Shown: piece after piece, positions 25,800 through 38,399 of the stretch
Numbering within the stretch: the first letter of the stretch is position 1
Layout: every line of letters begins with the position of its first letter
NCBI GenBank assembly: GCA_017499595.2
Contig: CM039000.1
Location: 2,108,001-2,172,000, forward strand
Origin: Psilocybe cubensis
Taxonomy: Eukaryota
Reading direction: 5' to 3'
Length of the DNA: 64,000 nucleotides
Notes under the pieces: model-generated
Database searches by the model: none
The model's input: only the letters and a program-made list of their open reading frames with translations
What the model was told of the DNA's origin: nothing
Program-made: the position numbers and the translations under genes

Positions 25800-27109
25800 T
25801 TATGCTTTCAGAGATTCTGAAGGTAGAGTAGGAGGCACGAGAGGCGGCTGGTTCAAGAATTCCCGAATGTAGTCCACGAGGCTATCGGTTTGTTCCTCTG
25901 TTATAGCGTTGTAGAGGGACACCCGGATGCCTCCCACCGAGCTGAATGATGAATTAATTAATTATGGGTTCAGTGAGCTTTGATGAATAGAGCGTACCGA
26001 TGCCCTTTGAGCCCTTTCATACCTTTGGCCTCCGCCCCGGCCAAGAAGCGCGCTTCTGCGCCTTCGCCGAGCACCTCGAAGACGACGTTCATCCAACTTC
26101 CACTTCCAGGTTTTACATGGCCTTTCAACAAGCCTTTTCCCTCTCCCTCCCTCAACACTTTATAAACCTTCTCCTGCTTCCTTTTGTTGACAGCCTCATA
26201 GTAAGCCACACCCCCGAGCTCCGCATTGCGCTTTAGCACAAGGCCGGTGACATAAACCGCAAACACCGGGGGCGTATTCGGCATGCTCTTCTGTTCCGCA
26301 AAGGTCTTGTACGCATACCCAATCGGCACCGGGATCGCACCCAGCTTCGCAGCGGCGTCCACATCGACAATACAGTCCTGTCTAACAATGACAATAGTCA
26401 ACCCCGCAGGCCCTAGGTTCTTCTGCGCGCCAGCATAGATGATAGCATGGTCCGCGAGCCTAGGGATAGGGCGCGACATGAACGAGGACGAATAGTCTCC
26501 TACGAGCGGGAGCAGGCTGTTCTTCGGCAGACGGTCGAACGGGAAACTCTCCGGCGCGCTCTCGTCATGCGAAAACTGCACGCCGCTGACTGTCTCGTTC
26601 TCGCAGTAATATATCAGCGCGGGGTCGCTGGAGAACGCGTACGTGTCGTGGGGCGGGATGCGGTCGAACGACTTGCCGTCGGCCGAGAGCGTGCGTGCGT
26701 CGACGGCGACGTTCACCGTCGCACCCCCCGCGAGGCGCCTCGCCTCCTTCGCCGCCGCGGCGCTCCAGGATCCAGTGAGGACGTAATCCAGCACGCGCGC
26801 TTCCTCTGGCAGATCGGGGTGCAGCAGGCGGTGGCGCGCGAGCATGTTGAGCACGACGGCGGAGAACTGGCCTGTGCCGCCGCCCTGCAAGAAGAGAATG
26901 GAGTGTGTAGGGGGAACGGAGAGCTGGTCGCGGATCTGGGCTTCGACGGTGCTGATGTACGCGCTGAATTCTTTGGAGCGGTGCGAGATCTCTGCGATGC
27001 CCATGCCTGTGCCCTCAAAGTTGAGCAGACCTTTGCCTGCCTCTTCCAGAATGGAGACTGGCAGCGCCGACGGGCCTGCGCCAAAGTTTATTACACGAGA
27101 GTCTGCCAT
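25800..27109 (-). CDS. SER1: Phosphoserine aminotransferase (PLP-dependent, class V)
   Basis: INFGAGPSALP, EISHRS, LFLQGGGTGQF, YYCENETVSGV, YAGAQKNLGPAG, NTPPVF, GLKGHR|SVGGIRVSLYNA. One intron near the 3' end. Confidence 0.96.
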
Positions 27110-28461
27110 GGCGGGGGTTGAGTCGATGAAAAAAAATGCGAATGTGAATGAGGTCAAGACCAAATTTATCTATAGGAGCTTTGGAGAGAGATGATGATGA
27201 CTCGATCTCATCTTATCAAATTCCGTCATCTTTGTAAATAATACGCAGCAAATAATTCCTCCAGCGAAACACTGCTGGAAATGCGTCCGTCGTCCCGAAC
27301 TTCCAGGTGGCAGACTACGCTTCCAAATCTTGGCCAATATATTGCCACATAATACTAGAAAGCTGGTCTGACAACAATCTGTTAGCCCCTATGGACCTTC
27401 ATTTGACGACGACTTGCCTGCCACAACCTGGGCCTCGAGTGGTATCAATGCATTGACATGGCGAGTACTACCTGCACGTTTCCCATCATCAATCGCAACA
27501 CCGGTCCTCGACACCGCACACTTTCATGAACCTCGTATGTGGGATAGATCCATCAACGTCATATGCCATCAATTGGGTATATTCAGGTTAAAGAACCATT
27601 AGACGTGTCCGTGAGAGGGAACATACACGTCGTACATCTTCCCAGACGAGACCCAACAGCAAGCACTCTGACACCGAGGCAGTGGCATTGTGCACAAGTT
27701 TCACATCTGTGATGTCCGGCCGTCCATCACTTGACTGCCAGCTCAGAAACCGGCAACAATCAGGGGGGCGACATCTGTACTGGTCACAGAAAACATTGCT
27801 CTATACTTGGGTAGGTGCCAGCACATAATAGCGACGAGGTAGCAATCTTGTTTGGGGAGGTTGTATTGTACATCGAGGTCCGAAATGAAAGAACTCTGTG
27901 CAAAGGGGCATCAAGCAAATGAAAGTATGTGTGCTACGAACAAAGGTTAAAGGACGATTGAAGCATTCGATGGCTATGTGATTGTCCATAATGGCAAAAA
28001 GCAGCGAAAAGGAGATTGCAAAGAGATAGCATCGACAACAATGGAAAGTTTAGATGAGAAAGCGAATAGATAAGTATGATTGACGATGCGAGTTGAACAA
28101 AGACGACAGATGTGGAAAGGAATATAACAACACACAAGTCAAGTAAATGTTAACGAAGATCAAAGGGAGTGTTTGTGATGCAGAGGGATACAGTATGATA
28201 CGAGGAAATAGGATTTGCAGCTATTATAGAGTCGAAGAGCATTGTTGAAGCTTTTGAGTGTGCAGTGATTTGTTGAAATATATTGTTGTATTGTATGGAC
28301 GTGCAGTGGATCGTAAGCAGATTTAAATAAGTGCGTCGCGAAAGCGTTGAATTGAGCTAGCTGATAATGGTGCAAGGGGGCGATAAAGCAGATTGTGATG
28401 GCAGCAATAGTTTATGGATGGCGATGTAAGCAGCGAAATTGAAAGGAGCAAGTTGATAAAA

Positions 28462-29107
28462 TCAAAAGTTGATGTGTGAGCTGGTGATACAAGGGCGGGG
28501 CTGTTCAGGACGGGAGTCATAAGAAACCGGCATAAGGTTATGAAAGAGAACTCTGGAAGGCATGAAACGAGATCTGGGTGTTGATACATTTGAGGGAGGG
28601 AATAGAGAGGTGTCGCGTAGAGGAAGAGGAGGAGATGGAGATAAATTTGAGATTGAGGCGATAGGACTGGATCTGAGAGAGGACTTTCGGCTGCGGACTG
28701 GCCCTAGACCAGAAGAGGATATATGTGAGTCTGGGATGATAGAGAGATCGGCAATATCCCAAGGATTGATGAGCTCCGGAGCCGCGTCGAGGGTGGATAT
28801 CCAGGGTAGATCGTCAAATGAGTGGGTTGGACGAGACTCTACGCGGGGGTTTACGCGGCGGCGGCGAACGGAGCGAGTTGTGGGCTTTGAGCGTCTACGC
28901 GAGGATGTCTGATAGATAACGCGTCAATAGGAGAAATTTATTGAAAAAAAGACGCGACTGACTGAGGTGGGTGGGGGACGCGCGAGACAGGAGTCGGCTA
29001 GGGGGATAGGAGACATAAGACGCTCAAAAGGCTAAAACACGGGAGATTAGCGCGCCATTTGGACAATAAAATGAAAAGAAAAGAAAGCTCACGACAGACT
29101 GGGGCAT
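28462..29107 (-). CDS. Uncharacterised Ser/Pro/Arg-rich protein, 3 exons, ~176 aa (not in the ORF track as such)
   Basis: Exons 29107-29093, 29031-28963 and 28908-28462 splice in frame: MPQSV|PFERLMSPIPL...PPTS|TSSRRRSK...GPVRSRKSSLRSSP...HINF*. A CT-rich leader lies upstream. Confidence 0.55.
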
Positions 29108-32100
29108 GTCGAGGGAAAACTGGGGGAGAATGGCTGGGAGGGAGGGGCAGGGGCAGCCTGGGCAGCAGGAGGAGTGCAGAGTGCAGAGAAGATTGGGAGA
29201 GAAAGGATAGATGTACAGAGACAGATAAGTTAAGTTATATTCGGAAGTAGAGGGAGGGGCAAGGCATAACGAGCAGACAATGGAGAGAGGAGTGAAGATA
29301 AAGAAAACTCGCAGATGACTCCCCACTAACCCACGACTGCTGACTAACCTTAAACCCCCTCCCGATCTCACTCTTCCCGATTTGGCATTCTGATCTCCCT
29401 GACAACTCGGCGCGTCCTCAACCCGCGTCACTCCCTCCTGTCTGCGTCCACGCCAGAAACGCGTCCTGCAGTCTCCCCAATCCATCCTTCTCTTTCCATA
29501 TCTGGATGTCTCCGGCACATCTGCCATTGTTCTCACTCTTACCCATGCTGTCTAACCCTCTATCGCCTGAAGAATCCACTTACAAGATCCGTCTTCACCA
29601 ATACTCTTCACGCCACCCAACAAGGGTTCACCCAACATGCATAACTAGTCCTACGCCGAATCACCGCTGCTCCTACTTGCTCTACCTGCCGCGCGGTGAT
29701 TATGCCGCCCCGCCTTTCACCGTCGTGCCGATAGCTTCCTTGTCCTGCACTTTTGCTAGTTTACAGCACTACACGACGTTCTGCCACACCACTGTCTTGC
29801 GTTTGCGCTATCTCTGGCCGCCTTACTATCCATTTGTCTAATAAACCAGGGTTCGCCTCGCTTATAGCCAGCGCCTCCTGATTTATACCATATCCGTCCA
29901 AATTGCTCTGTTCATTTTTTTGCAGCTCTACGAGCGATTCTCGTTTCATTCTAGAAATCAGTTCCATTCCGACATGAATGTATGATCACTCTTCACTTAA
30001 CAATTTTTTACAATTTGCCCGGGATCCCCATGGTCCCCAGTTCCTGGTTTGCGTTACTTGTATGCACGGCGAAGGCGCGTGCGTGTACGTACATCTACAC
30101 GCTTCATCTCGAACGCGACGCGACGCGGCGGGCGGCATCCGACTCCGCCTCACCTTGCCCGCTTACCTGACTCGTGCTCTGTTACTCATCTCTGCATTCC
30201 ATTGCCCGGCTTCATCCTTTTTCCCACCCGCCTAGATCTAGATGGTAGTCATCTACACTCTACAGTACAGGAATCCCTTCTCGACACAGAGACAATCGTG
30301 CATGTATACTTGATTTGGTTACCTCCCGCTCAAAACTGGCAATGGATGGTGCTCTCTCATGACTATCAGTTTCTACCCGGGATATATTCCCGAATGCCAT
30401 ATCACAGGTATAACATAGTCTCACGGACTGCCCAATGGATACGAGGCTATACTTGTCCTTCCCGTGCCGAGTATATTTCTGGTCCTCAATGTAGTCGCAG
30501 ATCCGTCGAGTCATTCCACCAAACTTGGTTCAGGATGCGGGATTCACCTGGAGCGTCTTTCTCCTTGAATAATATCTACCCATGTGAGGGTGTTACACTT
30601 TCCTGCGGTGGGGACTTTTCCAGGTCCCCAAGGAGCATGTAAAAGCTTATGTTGCCCTACGCCCAGGTATCCCACTACCAAACACCTTTTCTAGGCAATA
30701 AGCAGTGCAATAGACAAGCATTCTATATCTGTCAAGGCGGTACCACGGAAAACAATGGGGGGTCTACATGTACGAGATATGTGGGTCGTATGTTAACCTT
30801 AAGGTCGGGTTGGAACCTGTAAAGCCCTCGGAGTCGACCTGTAGTAAATTAGGAAAAACGCAGCCTTTTGACTCGGCGATACAGTGCCCCTTTGCCTATT
30901 ATGTCGTGTGTATTCCCTTTAGATCTTGTCTATGTAAAATGGTGGGCTACTGAGTCAGAATACTGGCGTGAGCTCTATTCTTGGCCCATTCTCACAGAGG
31001 AGGGTGGGATACATCACGCTATTGTTTCTTTGTGAATGAGACCTTACGGATTTATGTGAGTGATATGTGTGATTAGCACACAGTATAAGGTCTACAACCT
31101 ACAGCTAAGACCACCATACCCACTGAGCCAAGTCGACCACATGCATTGCCGACGGTGTGTGGTTACTTTCTAATAATAGACGCGCGCTAATTTATATCTT
31201 GTTATACACGCATCGCGTTTCACTCTTTTATTATGTAGACCGTTACTATGCTCAGAGTTAAGCATGGTTGATATCCTACGAATAGCTGTTAGCACGTATC
31301 ACTGTTTCTGCATTTCGAGTGCTTATCACGCCCAAGCCGGACGTTGGGCATTCAGCGATCAACGCGCTGATAGGTGGTGGCATTGCCAATCAGATCAAGG
31401 CAGCAAATAAGAGACCCACAGTGGAAACACTTTGGTGGTGAGTGAAGCTGAAGCCGATGAAAAGGCGCGGGTTATTTGTGGTTTCCTTGATATATAGTTG
31501 GAACATTTTGCATTTCGTGACTCGGTTTGGACACCATGTTCCCTGCCTCATTTGAAAATCCGGAGGTTTTGTAAAATTTTGATATGACATTCAAATTTTC
31601 CGGCAAGAATTTGGTACACACTACACCCAGGTTGTACTCAAATTCCTGATCTTGCATCGTATTACGTACTTATTTGCCGTGCACAATAGTAAGTTTATCT
31701 ACATACTACTAGAGTGTAGTTTCCTCTACTTCATACTTTCAACTCATGGAATTTATATATTGTTCTTTGAGTTGAGTACCAATAAGACTCAGGGCAATCA
31801 AAGACACAGATTCAATGTGGTTAGGCTGACAGTATGCTTGTAATTTAGAAACAAGAGGTACAAATGCACGTAAAGATGTTTTTTGTTTTGTCTCGAATAT
31901 TCAAGTATTCGTTTTTATTCCCACTGAAGCAAGGGTTTCTTGTACACAAGTAACAAATCTGATGTTTTTGAAAATCAGTTGTTTTATTACAGAATTTGAG
32001 GGTTATAGGGTAGGGTGAACTTTGGGAGAACATTTATTGAACGCAAGTTTCATTAATATATTAGGGAGAGTAATGTAAATATATCGATGTAAAATTTAAA

Positions 32101-32914
32101 TGACGGATAAGAGAGATGGTATGGTACAGTTGTTCAATTACTATTACTCGAAACTGGGCAAGAAAAGGGCTTTGTTAGATATGGGCTTTCGCAAGTGGTT
32201 ATCACCACAGATGCCGCATTGTGATTGATGCATTAAATGCACCAGATGTCAGGGAGAGTGTCTTGCAACGGTATTGCTCAGAAAAATTGATTCCAATTGA
32301 TTTCTCCGTCGAGACACTCCCAAATATTTGGGGCTGAGAGTAACGCACCACGAGCAGAAGTACTTTATACTGTGACACTAGCGTCATAATACACATTTAG
32401 GGTAATTCCACATCCGAGTCTTTCCACATGGTAACGTGTTTAACACTAAATTGAAAAGTTTTCTGAATTTTATGCTATTGCAGTGACTCTAACTCTTCCT
32501 GCCCATAATGTGATGGGGTCATATCCAAGTTTAAAGACGTTTATTCCAAGCCAATCACTGAAGCCAGTTAATTCTTCAATGTCGAGGCTCGATGCACATT
32601 GACATGTATTTTTGCCTAATGCAGTGAGTCTCGCTGCGCCCGCAACAAATCAGCCAACGAAGCAGATCATGGCTTCTTGATATTATCCAATCCCTTTAAA
32701 CCCCAGGGTACGATTGTAAGTCCGGACGCGTATTTGCGTGTTTCGGTGGTAACACGGTCACGTGATTAATTAAACGCGTCAATTATCATGTCAGAAGCTT
32801 GATAATGCAAAGTTTTACCGGGAGATTCTCCGAGAAGTCAAAAGTGGAATACAATCAATTGTGAAGGAAGACAATGAGGAAATGCATGGAACATACACTG
32901 CGGGCTCCGATACA

Positions 32915-33296
32915 TGTTTGATGTCAAACATCGTCAATCAAACACATATTATGTAAGAAGACGATGTTTGATGTCAAACATAAGTTGTGTTTGCTGACAA
33001 ACAAGCATCAAACATAAGTTATGTTTGATAGGCATGTGATATCAAACACAACGTATGTTTGACGCCTGTTTGTCAAAGAACACGGGCTTGACAGAAAATC
33101 TGTCAAGTTCGCTGTAAGATAACAAACGTACATTGTGTTTGATAAATAGTGTTTGATTCCAAATATAACTCCTGTTTGATAATTTGTGCATGAAATCATC
33201 CGTATATTCTGTATGTTATCGACCATAAACATCAAACATAAGTTGTGTAAGAAATCAAACATAATATCTGTTTGAAATCAAACAGATTGTCAAACA
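32915..33296. repeat. Subterminal repeat array: 17 exact copies of TGTTTGA/TCAAACA in both orientations, plus variants
   Basis: Counted directly: 8 TGTTTGA and 9 TCAAACA, often paired as palindromes such as TGTTTGATGTCAAACA. Confidence 0.92.
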
Positions 33297-33318
33297 GACA
33301 TCGACACGCTCATCGTGC

Positions 33319-33383
33319 CGCTCAGCGCGCGCCTCCTCGCGCGATCAGCGCGCGCTTGACGCGCGATCGGCGCGCGTTGAGCG
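33319..33383. repeat. GC/CpG-rich imperfect palindrome, 65 bp
   Basis: cgctcagcgcgcgcc...ggcgcgcgttgagcg with inner tcgcgcg/cgcgcga and tca-gcgcgcgc-ttga arms. Confidence 0.85.
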
Positions 33384-33922
33384 ACACGCCCAGCGATTTT
33401 ACGGCTATTTTGGCGTCTCGGTGATAAGCGACACACCTCACCAACGCTACTTAGGCGCTTGTGTATTCAGCGACGAGAACACGCTCTTCATTCAATAACG
33501 CTGTATCAGTGACGCATGTTTATTCAGCGAGAAAAAACGTATTTTCGAGTGAAATATATGTATTTTTGGGGCTCGGGTGTGTCCTACTACCATACACATA
33601 AATTGACAAATGCTACACAGTCAAAGCTGCTTTTCTCCCTTCTTATTTCTAGAACCTGAGTCTCTATTTCACTGTAGTAGCAATGTATATACTCACATCA
33701 ATGTATTTTATTCGTTTGCCATCGTTTGCCATTGCCTTCTATGAATTGATGTCTCTCAGAACAACTTTCTCGCAGTCTCTTATCACTCACCACACTCCCA
33801 CTCACTCACCACACTCACTCACACTCACTCACCACACTCACCACACTCGCTCTCACTCGCTCAAACACATTCATTCATCGTCCTCGCTCATCACGCCCTC
33901 TATCAACATCGATATTCGTACC

Positions 33923-34466
33923 ATGTCCACAATAGTCTCCAACATCTTTTCCACCATCGTTTCCTTCGTCAACGGCATCAAATACGGATTCGCGTCGGGA
34001 TGCGAGATCGTGGAGTGGTTATGCACGTACGGAGGGCCCGCCTTCGGGGCGATAGCTCGCTACATCAACAAAAATAGCGAAGCGCCAGTTGTTCTGCGAA
34101 ATCGTAGCGGTATGCCAGTGAGTATTTGTAGCTTTGAACAGCGTCTTACCGCTCCTTTCAGGAGGAAAGTTGATCAGCGACATGGAGGCTCAACACTCAC
34201 CAGCCAACGACGCCGATTTCGAGGAACTCATCCGCGTTCGCCAGGAGATTAAAACCCTGAAAAAAATTCTCGACAATCGAAGCGCACGTACTCGGCCTGG
34301 TACATCGGAAGCGCACGAAATTCAGCTCGACCGCTTCGAACTTGAGCGCAAGAAAGTTCTCAACGATATCGCGATCGAGGCCCAAATACGTGCCACCTAC
34401 CCTGCGCGAGCCCTGTATCTCGCAATGTGCGAGACATACGATGTCGCTCCTGTCCGCACCGACTAG
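33923..34466 (+). CDS. Small two-exon uncharacterised protein with a coiled-coil C-terminal half
   Basis: MSTIVSNIF...VLRNRS|GGKLISDMEAQ...APVRTD* with a GTATGC...TTTCAG intron. A CACT/CACA-rich leader lies at 33783-33865. Confidence 0.6.
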
Positions 34467-34809
34467 GCGCCCCGGCGGGTTTTTCTTGTTGTTATCTTTT
34501 CTTCATTTTCTTGTTGCTTTCTTGTTGCTTTCTTGTTGCTTTCGGTTTATCGCTATCGCTTCGTATTATTGTACATATATCCCTGAATTTTACCATTTGA
34601 TTCGCTATATTTGTATCATACTCATTGAAGACTCATAATCTCATTTCTGAATAATAAAACTCCTTAACATTCGCGGACATCTGTGGCCTATGTTATTTCA
34701 TGAAGCTTGAAACAACATTTTTTTTATTACCAAACAAGCGTCGTCAGCACCTTTAGAGGCAAATTAACGCGCGTTTGCCGTTTGGATACCTGCTGCACCG
34801 GCACCTGCT

Positions 34810-35163
34810 GACTCAGTCCTGCCCTTGTCCCTGCTGCAGCTGACTCTGACTCTGTACCATGCGTATCGACGAGCTGCGCGACTGCGACGGCGCCGTGTTT
34901 GTCTCGTACCCTTCGCCATCTGTGCGGTCCGCGTCCGTCTGCGGCTTCTGGTAGGTATCCTGCTCCTGCTCGAGATCCTCCTCTGTGAACTCTCCCAGTA
35001 CGGGTTCCGTGTCCAGGAAGGTATCCTATTGAAAAAAAAAAGACTGTCAATGTCAATAAAAACACGCACATAGAGAAAGAAGTAAAAAAAAGAAAAGGAA
35101 AAAAAAAAGAGATAAAACACGCACCATCACCAAAAACAAATTCTTCTTATCATGGAAACTCCA
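34810..35163 (-). pseudogene. Remnant of an AGC-type protein kinase gene with the catalytic core deleted
   Basis: WSFHDKKNLFLVM (kinase subdomain IV-V-like, 35163-35125), then a GTGCGT...AATAG intron, then DTFLDTEPVL... resembling an AGC C-terminal tail. Confidence 0.5.
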
Positions 35164-36220
35164 CTCACAGCGGTCCTAACAGAAATCACACCACGCATGT
35201 CGTCAACACAAGCAACTCAGCAAGAAAGAGACGTCAATCTTACAGATGTTCTCCGGGGGCCACTACAATGCCAAAGAATTGAGCGTCTGCGGATGGGGCG
35301 AGAATGGATGCAGGACAATGGGCTAGCTATGGAACGTTTGGTATCAGTTACGCATGCCAGGAAAGCGAGACGCATCAGGCTCCGATTTCGGGTGTATGCG
35401 GATGCGCAGGACTTCAGGGCATACGCAAACAGCAGAGCGGCGATGACGGGTTCCACACATCGGGCACTGATAGAAACAAACAGCGCCAGATTCAGCGTAG
35501 CCTCCTGGAACTGCAACGGAGGACTCGCGGCATCAATCCATACGCCAATGTATAGGGATCTCGTACTATCTAATGATGTTACCTTCTTCCAGGAAACACA
35601 CATGGCGCCAGGGCAAGAGGATATTCTGGATCTACCTCGCGGTTTTCATCCAGTGGCACGATCGCGACCATGGCGGCACCCCCTAGGCGGCGTCACTGTA
35701 ATTATACGGGACACTGTAAAATATAGAATATGCGACGAGATCATGCACCCAGATATACTGGTCCTTGAGCTCCCATCCCTAATCCTAATCTGCTCGTATC
35801 TTGTGCCAGAGAACTCCAGATGGGAATCTTGGACGCATGTGGACCCTAAGACATGGCTGGGGGAGGCTATCGAATATTTGTGTCTTGCGATCCAAGGCAT
35901 ACATGATTATAGGCGACCTGAACGCGCGTATAGGCCTGCAACAAGCAGCGGGATCGCACTTAGTACGAGTGTCTCCAGATAATACCTGCATTGCTAGAGG
36001 GAATCGCCTACTGGAAATCATGGGGCAGAATTCTCTGCATGTCGTGAATGGGACACCAATCGACCGAACGCCGTTCCCACAGTGGACCTCCAGTCAGGCC
36101 AACGGAGGCCGCTCTGTCATTGACTACATCATCGTCTCGGAAGACGCGCTCCTGTCGTTGGAAGCCATGGATGGGTTGGAGGAAGAGTGGATGACCATGC
36201 AGGGATACATGTGGAGATGA
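35164..36220 (+). mobile_element. Non-LTR retrotransposon (LINE) 5' fragment with a frameshifted APE endonuclease domain
   Basis: VASWNCNGG, DVTFFQETHM, GGVTVII, ICSYLVP, then after a frameshift near 35880 IIGDLNARIG, RGNRLL, VVNGT, RSVIDYIIVS. Confidence 0.88.
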
Positions 36221-37054
36221 GATCTTCTCTCACTCTTGGGCTGATCGTCTCAATAACGCCGCTCACGCGTTCATAAACCGCGAACACGATCGCCTGCCCG
36301 GGTGCCACGCGCAGCACGCGGGGGTGATGCCCTTGTAGAATGACCGCACGCCCTCCATCTTCCACATATCTGCCGCGATCGCGAATATGCGCTGGAAGGA
36401 GGATTGGCCTGGAGTTGCTTTGGCTTTTTGTAGACCTGATATAATTGATTTGAGTAAGAGAGGCTAAGAAAGTGTAGTTAAAAAGGGACGTACGAGTTTT
36501 GATAGTGTCTATTGGTGCATTTGAGAACGGACCCATAGCTCCAGAGATAAGACCAATCATCATGTGTTGGTAGGATGGTAGCTCGACCAAGTCTGGCTGG
36601 TACTTATGCGCGAGCTTCTTGATTTCTTGGTACGCGGTGAAGTTGGCACCTAAGGTGGACACACAAGCCTTAAGAAAGGCGTTCTTCGGCTATTCACGAA
36701 TGAAGACGTACCCTGATTCGTAGCTTGTCTCAGTGGCGTCAAAGAGACACCACGATACAATGTCGAGATTCCTTCCTCACGAATGATGGTGTACACAGCA
36801 TGACCAGCATTACGGTACCGAGGCGCTTCAAGAGGATCGGCCAATGAATGTTGTTGAGCTTGCAGAGGAATCTTCACCACTTCCATGGGCGTCACGATGG
36901 CAACAGCTTCCGTCACTCCAGCCCCAAGACCGGCTATACGCAAGTAATTAAAAGATGACATCAGCTCAACACCTTCGCGGCAAGAGAAAAGAATTACATA
37001 CCAATGAAGATATTCCCAATACTCGTCTTCCCTGTTTGCTTATCGGCAAGCCGA
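36218..37054 (-). pseudogene. SFC1: Captured 5'-truncated mitochondrial succinate/fumarate carrier (SFC1-like) with introns retained
   Basis: GLGAGVTEAVAIVTPMEVVKI, ADPLEAPRYRNA, LYRGVSLT.LRQATNQG, GPFSNAPIDTIKTR, RVAPGQAIVF. It lacks the N-terminal third, has R>P and A>P changes in conserved motifs, and has a 1-nt deletion in GITPRV near 36322. Confidence 0.85.
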
Positions 37055-37339
37055 CGATGGTACATCTCCTCTCAACTTTTTAATAACCCTTGCAGTATGT
37101 TTTTCTCTGTCTATTATTTGGCAATACAATTAACACACGATAGACTTCGACGATGCCAGCGGGAACATCTGTGTCTATATCCTCCCCAAGTGGGATGATC
37201 AATCTTGACAAGGTACGGGGAATTCAGGCTCCAAGAAATGCTGAGGAAACGACACGACCCAGACATCGAGGAATGGTATGCCATTGACTACGAAAGTCTT
37301 GCAAATTACCCGCCTTAACTCAAGCATAGGTTTGGACGT

Positions 37340-37850
37340 CTTCGGCTGAAGGGCCCATGGGCTCATCCTATGCAGCGAGGTTGCACTGGTGGAACGCGCG
37401 CACCTGGTCAAGGGCATGCACCGACGACAGTGTGCAGAACTCCACGGTTGTGGAAGACCACAAAGTCATCTTCGCGCCAGTCGTGTGGATACACCAGCTG
37501 CTCCAAAATTCAGCTTCGAACAAAAAAGCGCAGACAATATGCGAACTTACAGAAGGAGCGATCGCAGGTCATTGCTACGACTCCTGGAACAGGTGCAGAT
37601 CAAGTGTCTGCGACGAATACTGGGTTTGGGTCCGAGGTCGATAACGGCAGTTCTTTATTCTGAAACAGGAGTACTTCCCATTAAATATAGGCGGTTAATC
37701 CTAGTACTACGTTACGACATCCCTCCCCGGAGAGCGATAGTTAGGATGGTTGAGAGACCTAGTCCGGGCACTGGATCTACTTCCCTGCCCGGCGCAAGTA
37801 ACAGCAAGAGAACTGTGGGAATCGGAGGGCACTGCGAAGGTGATCAACGC
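37340..37850 (+). mobile_element. LINE 3' fragment (region C-terminal to RT), degenerate
   Basis: LLEQVQIKCLRRILGLGPRSITAVLYSETGVLPIKYRRLILVLRY and WLRDLVRALDLLP resemble the post-RT region of fungal LINEs. No RT core is present. Confidence 0.7.
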
Positions 37851-38399
37851 ATCTACGCCCGCTCCTCCCGATCCGATCCCGATCCTCCCGCTCCAGCATC
37901 CGCAACCGCAACAGCATCCGCATCAGTGTCCGTATACACACTAATCACATTCTCTGCCTACACATATACACATTTCTTAATCAGATAAAATCAAACTCCC
38001 ACAACGAAAGAGAAGTGACGTACCATCTTCATCTTCATCCCCACCTTCCCCTTCATCCGTCGAATTCGAATGCGAAACGGGAAACACCAGAAACAGAGCT
38101 CAAAGCAGGCGATGGCGCTCTCTCCCCTGCACCTCCTTGTTCGGAACCCTCACCCGAACCCTCAACGACCCAACTACGACTCACAGACCCGTTGTCCGAT
38201 ACAAACGACGACGATATCTCCTGCGTGTCGTGCGAGATGGAAATAGACTCTGACTCTGTCCCTGAAAGCGAAAGGTACGGCGAGTGCAAAGAAACAGGCG
38301 AACGGGTACAACGACGCGGAATGCAACGACGCGGCGCGCGGCACGAACACGGGTGCGGGCGGCGAGAGTGTGAACGGTGCGGGCGCTGGTGTGGGTGAT

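Noticed and set aside
26447-27194. Long antisense ORFs over SER1, and high GC suggesting horizontal transfer
   Set aside because: These are shadow ORFs from GC-rich codon usage. The gene has a spliceosomal intron and nothing else points to a foreign origin.
29500-32890. Assorted short ORFs and small hairpins (for example ~31330-31370)
   Set aside because: I could not build a coherent gene model, homology or element boundary, so the stretch is left unannotated.
32915-33296. Short repeats with spacers resembling a CRISPR array
   Set aside because: The repeats are 7-mers in both orientations with irregular spacing, the context is eukaryotic and there are no cas genes. They fit transposon subterminal repeats.
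36129-36961. Functional SFC1 carrier gene
   Set aside because: The N-terminal third is missing, conserved residues are changed to proline and there is a frameshift, so it is called a captured pseudogene.
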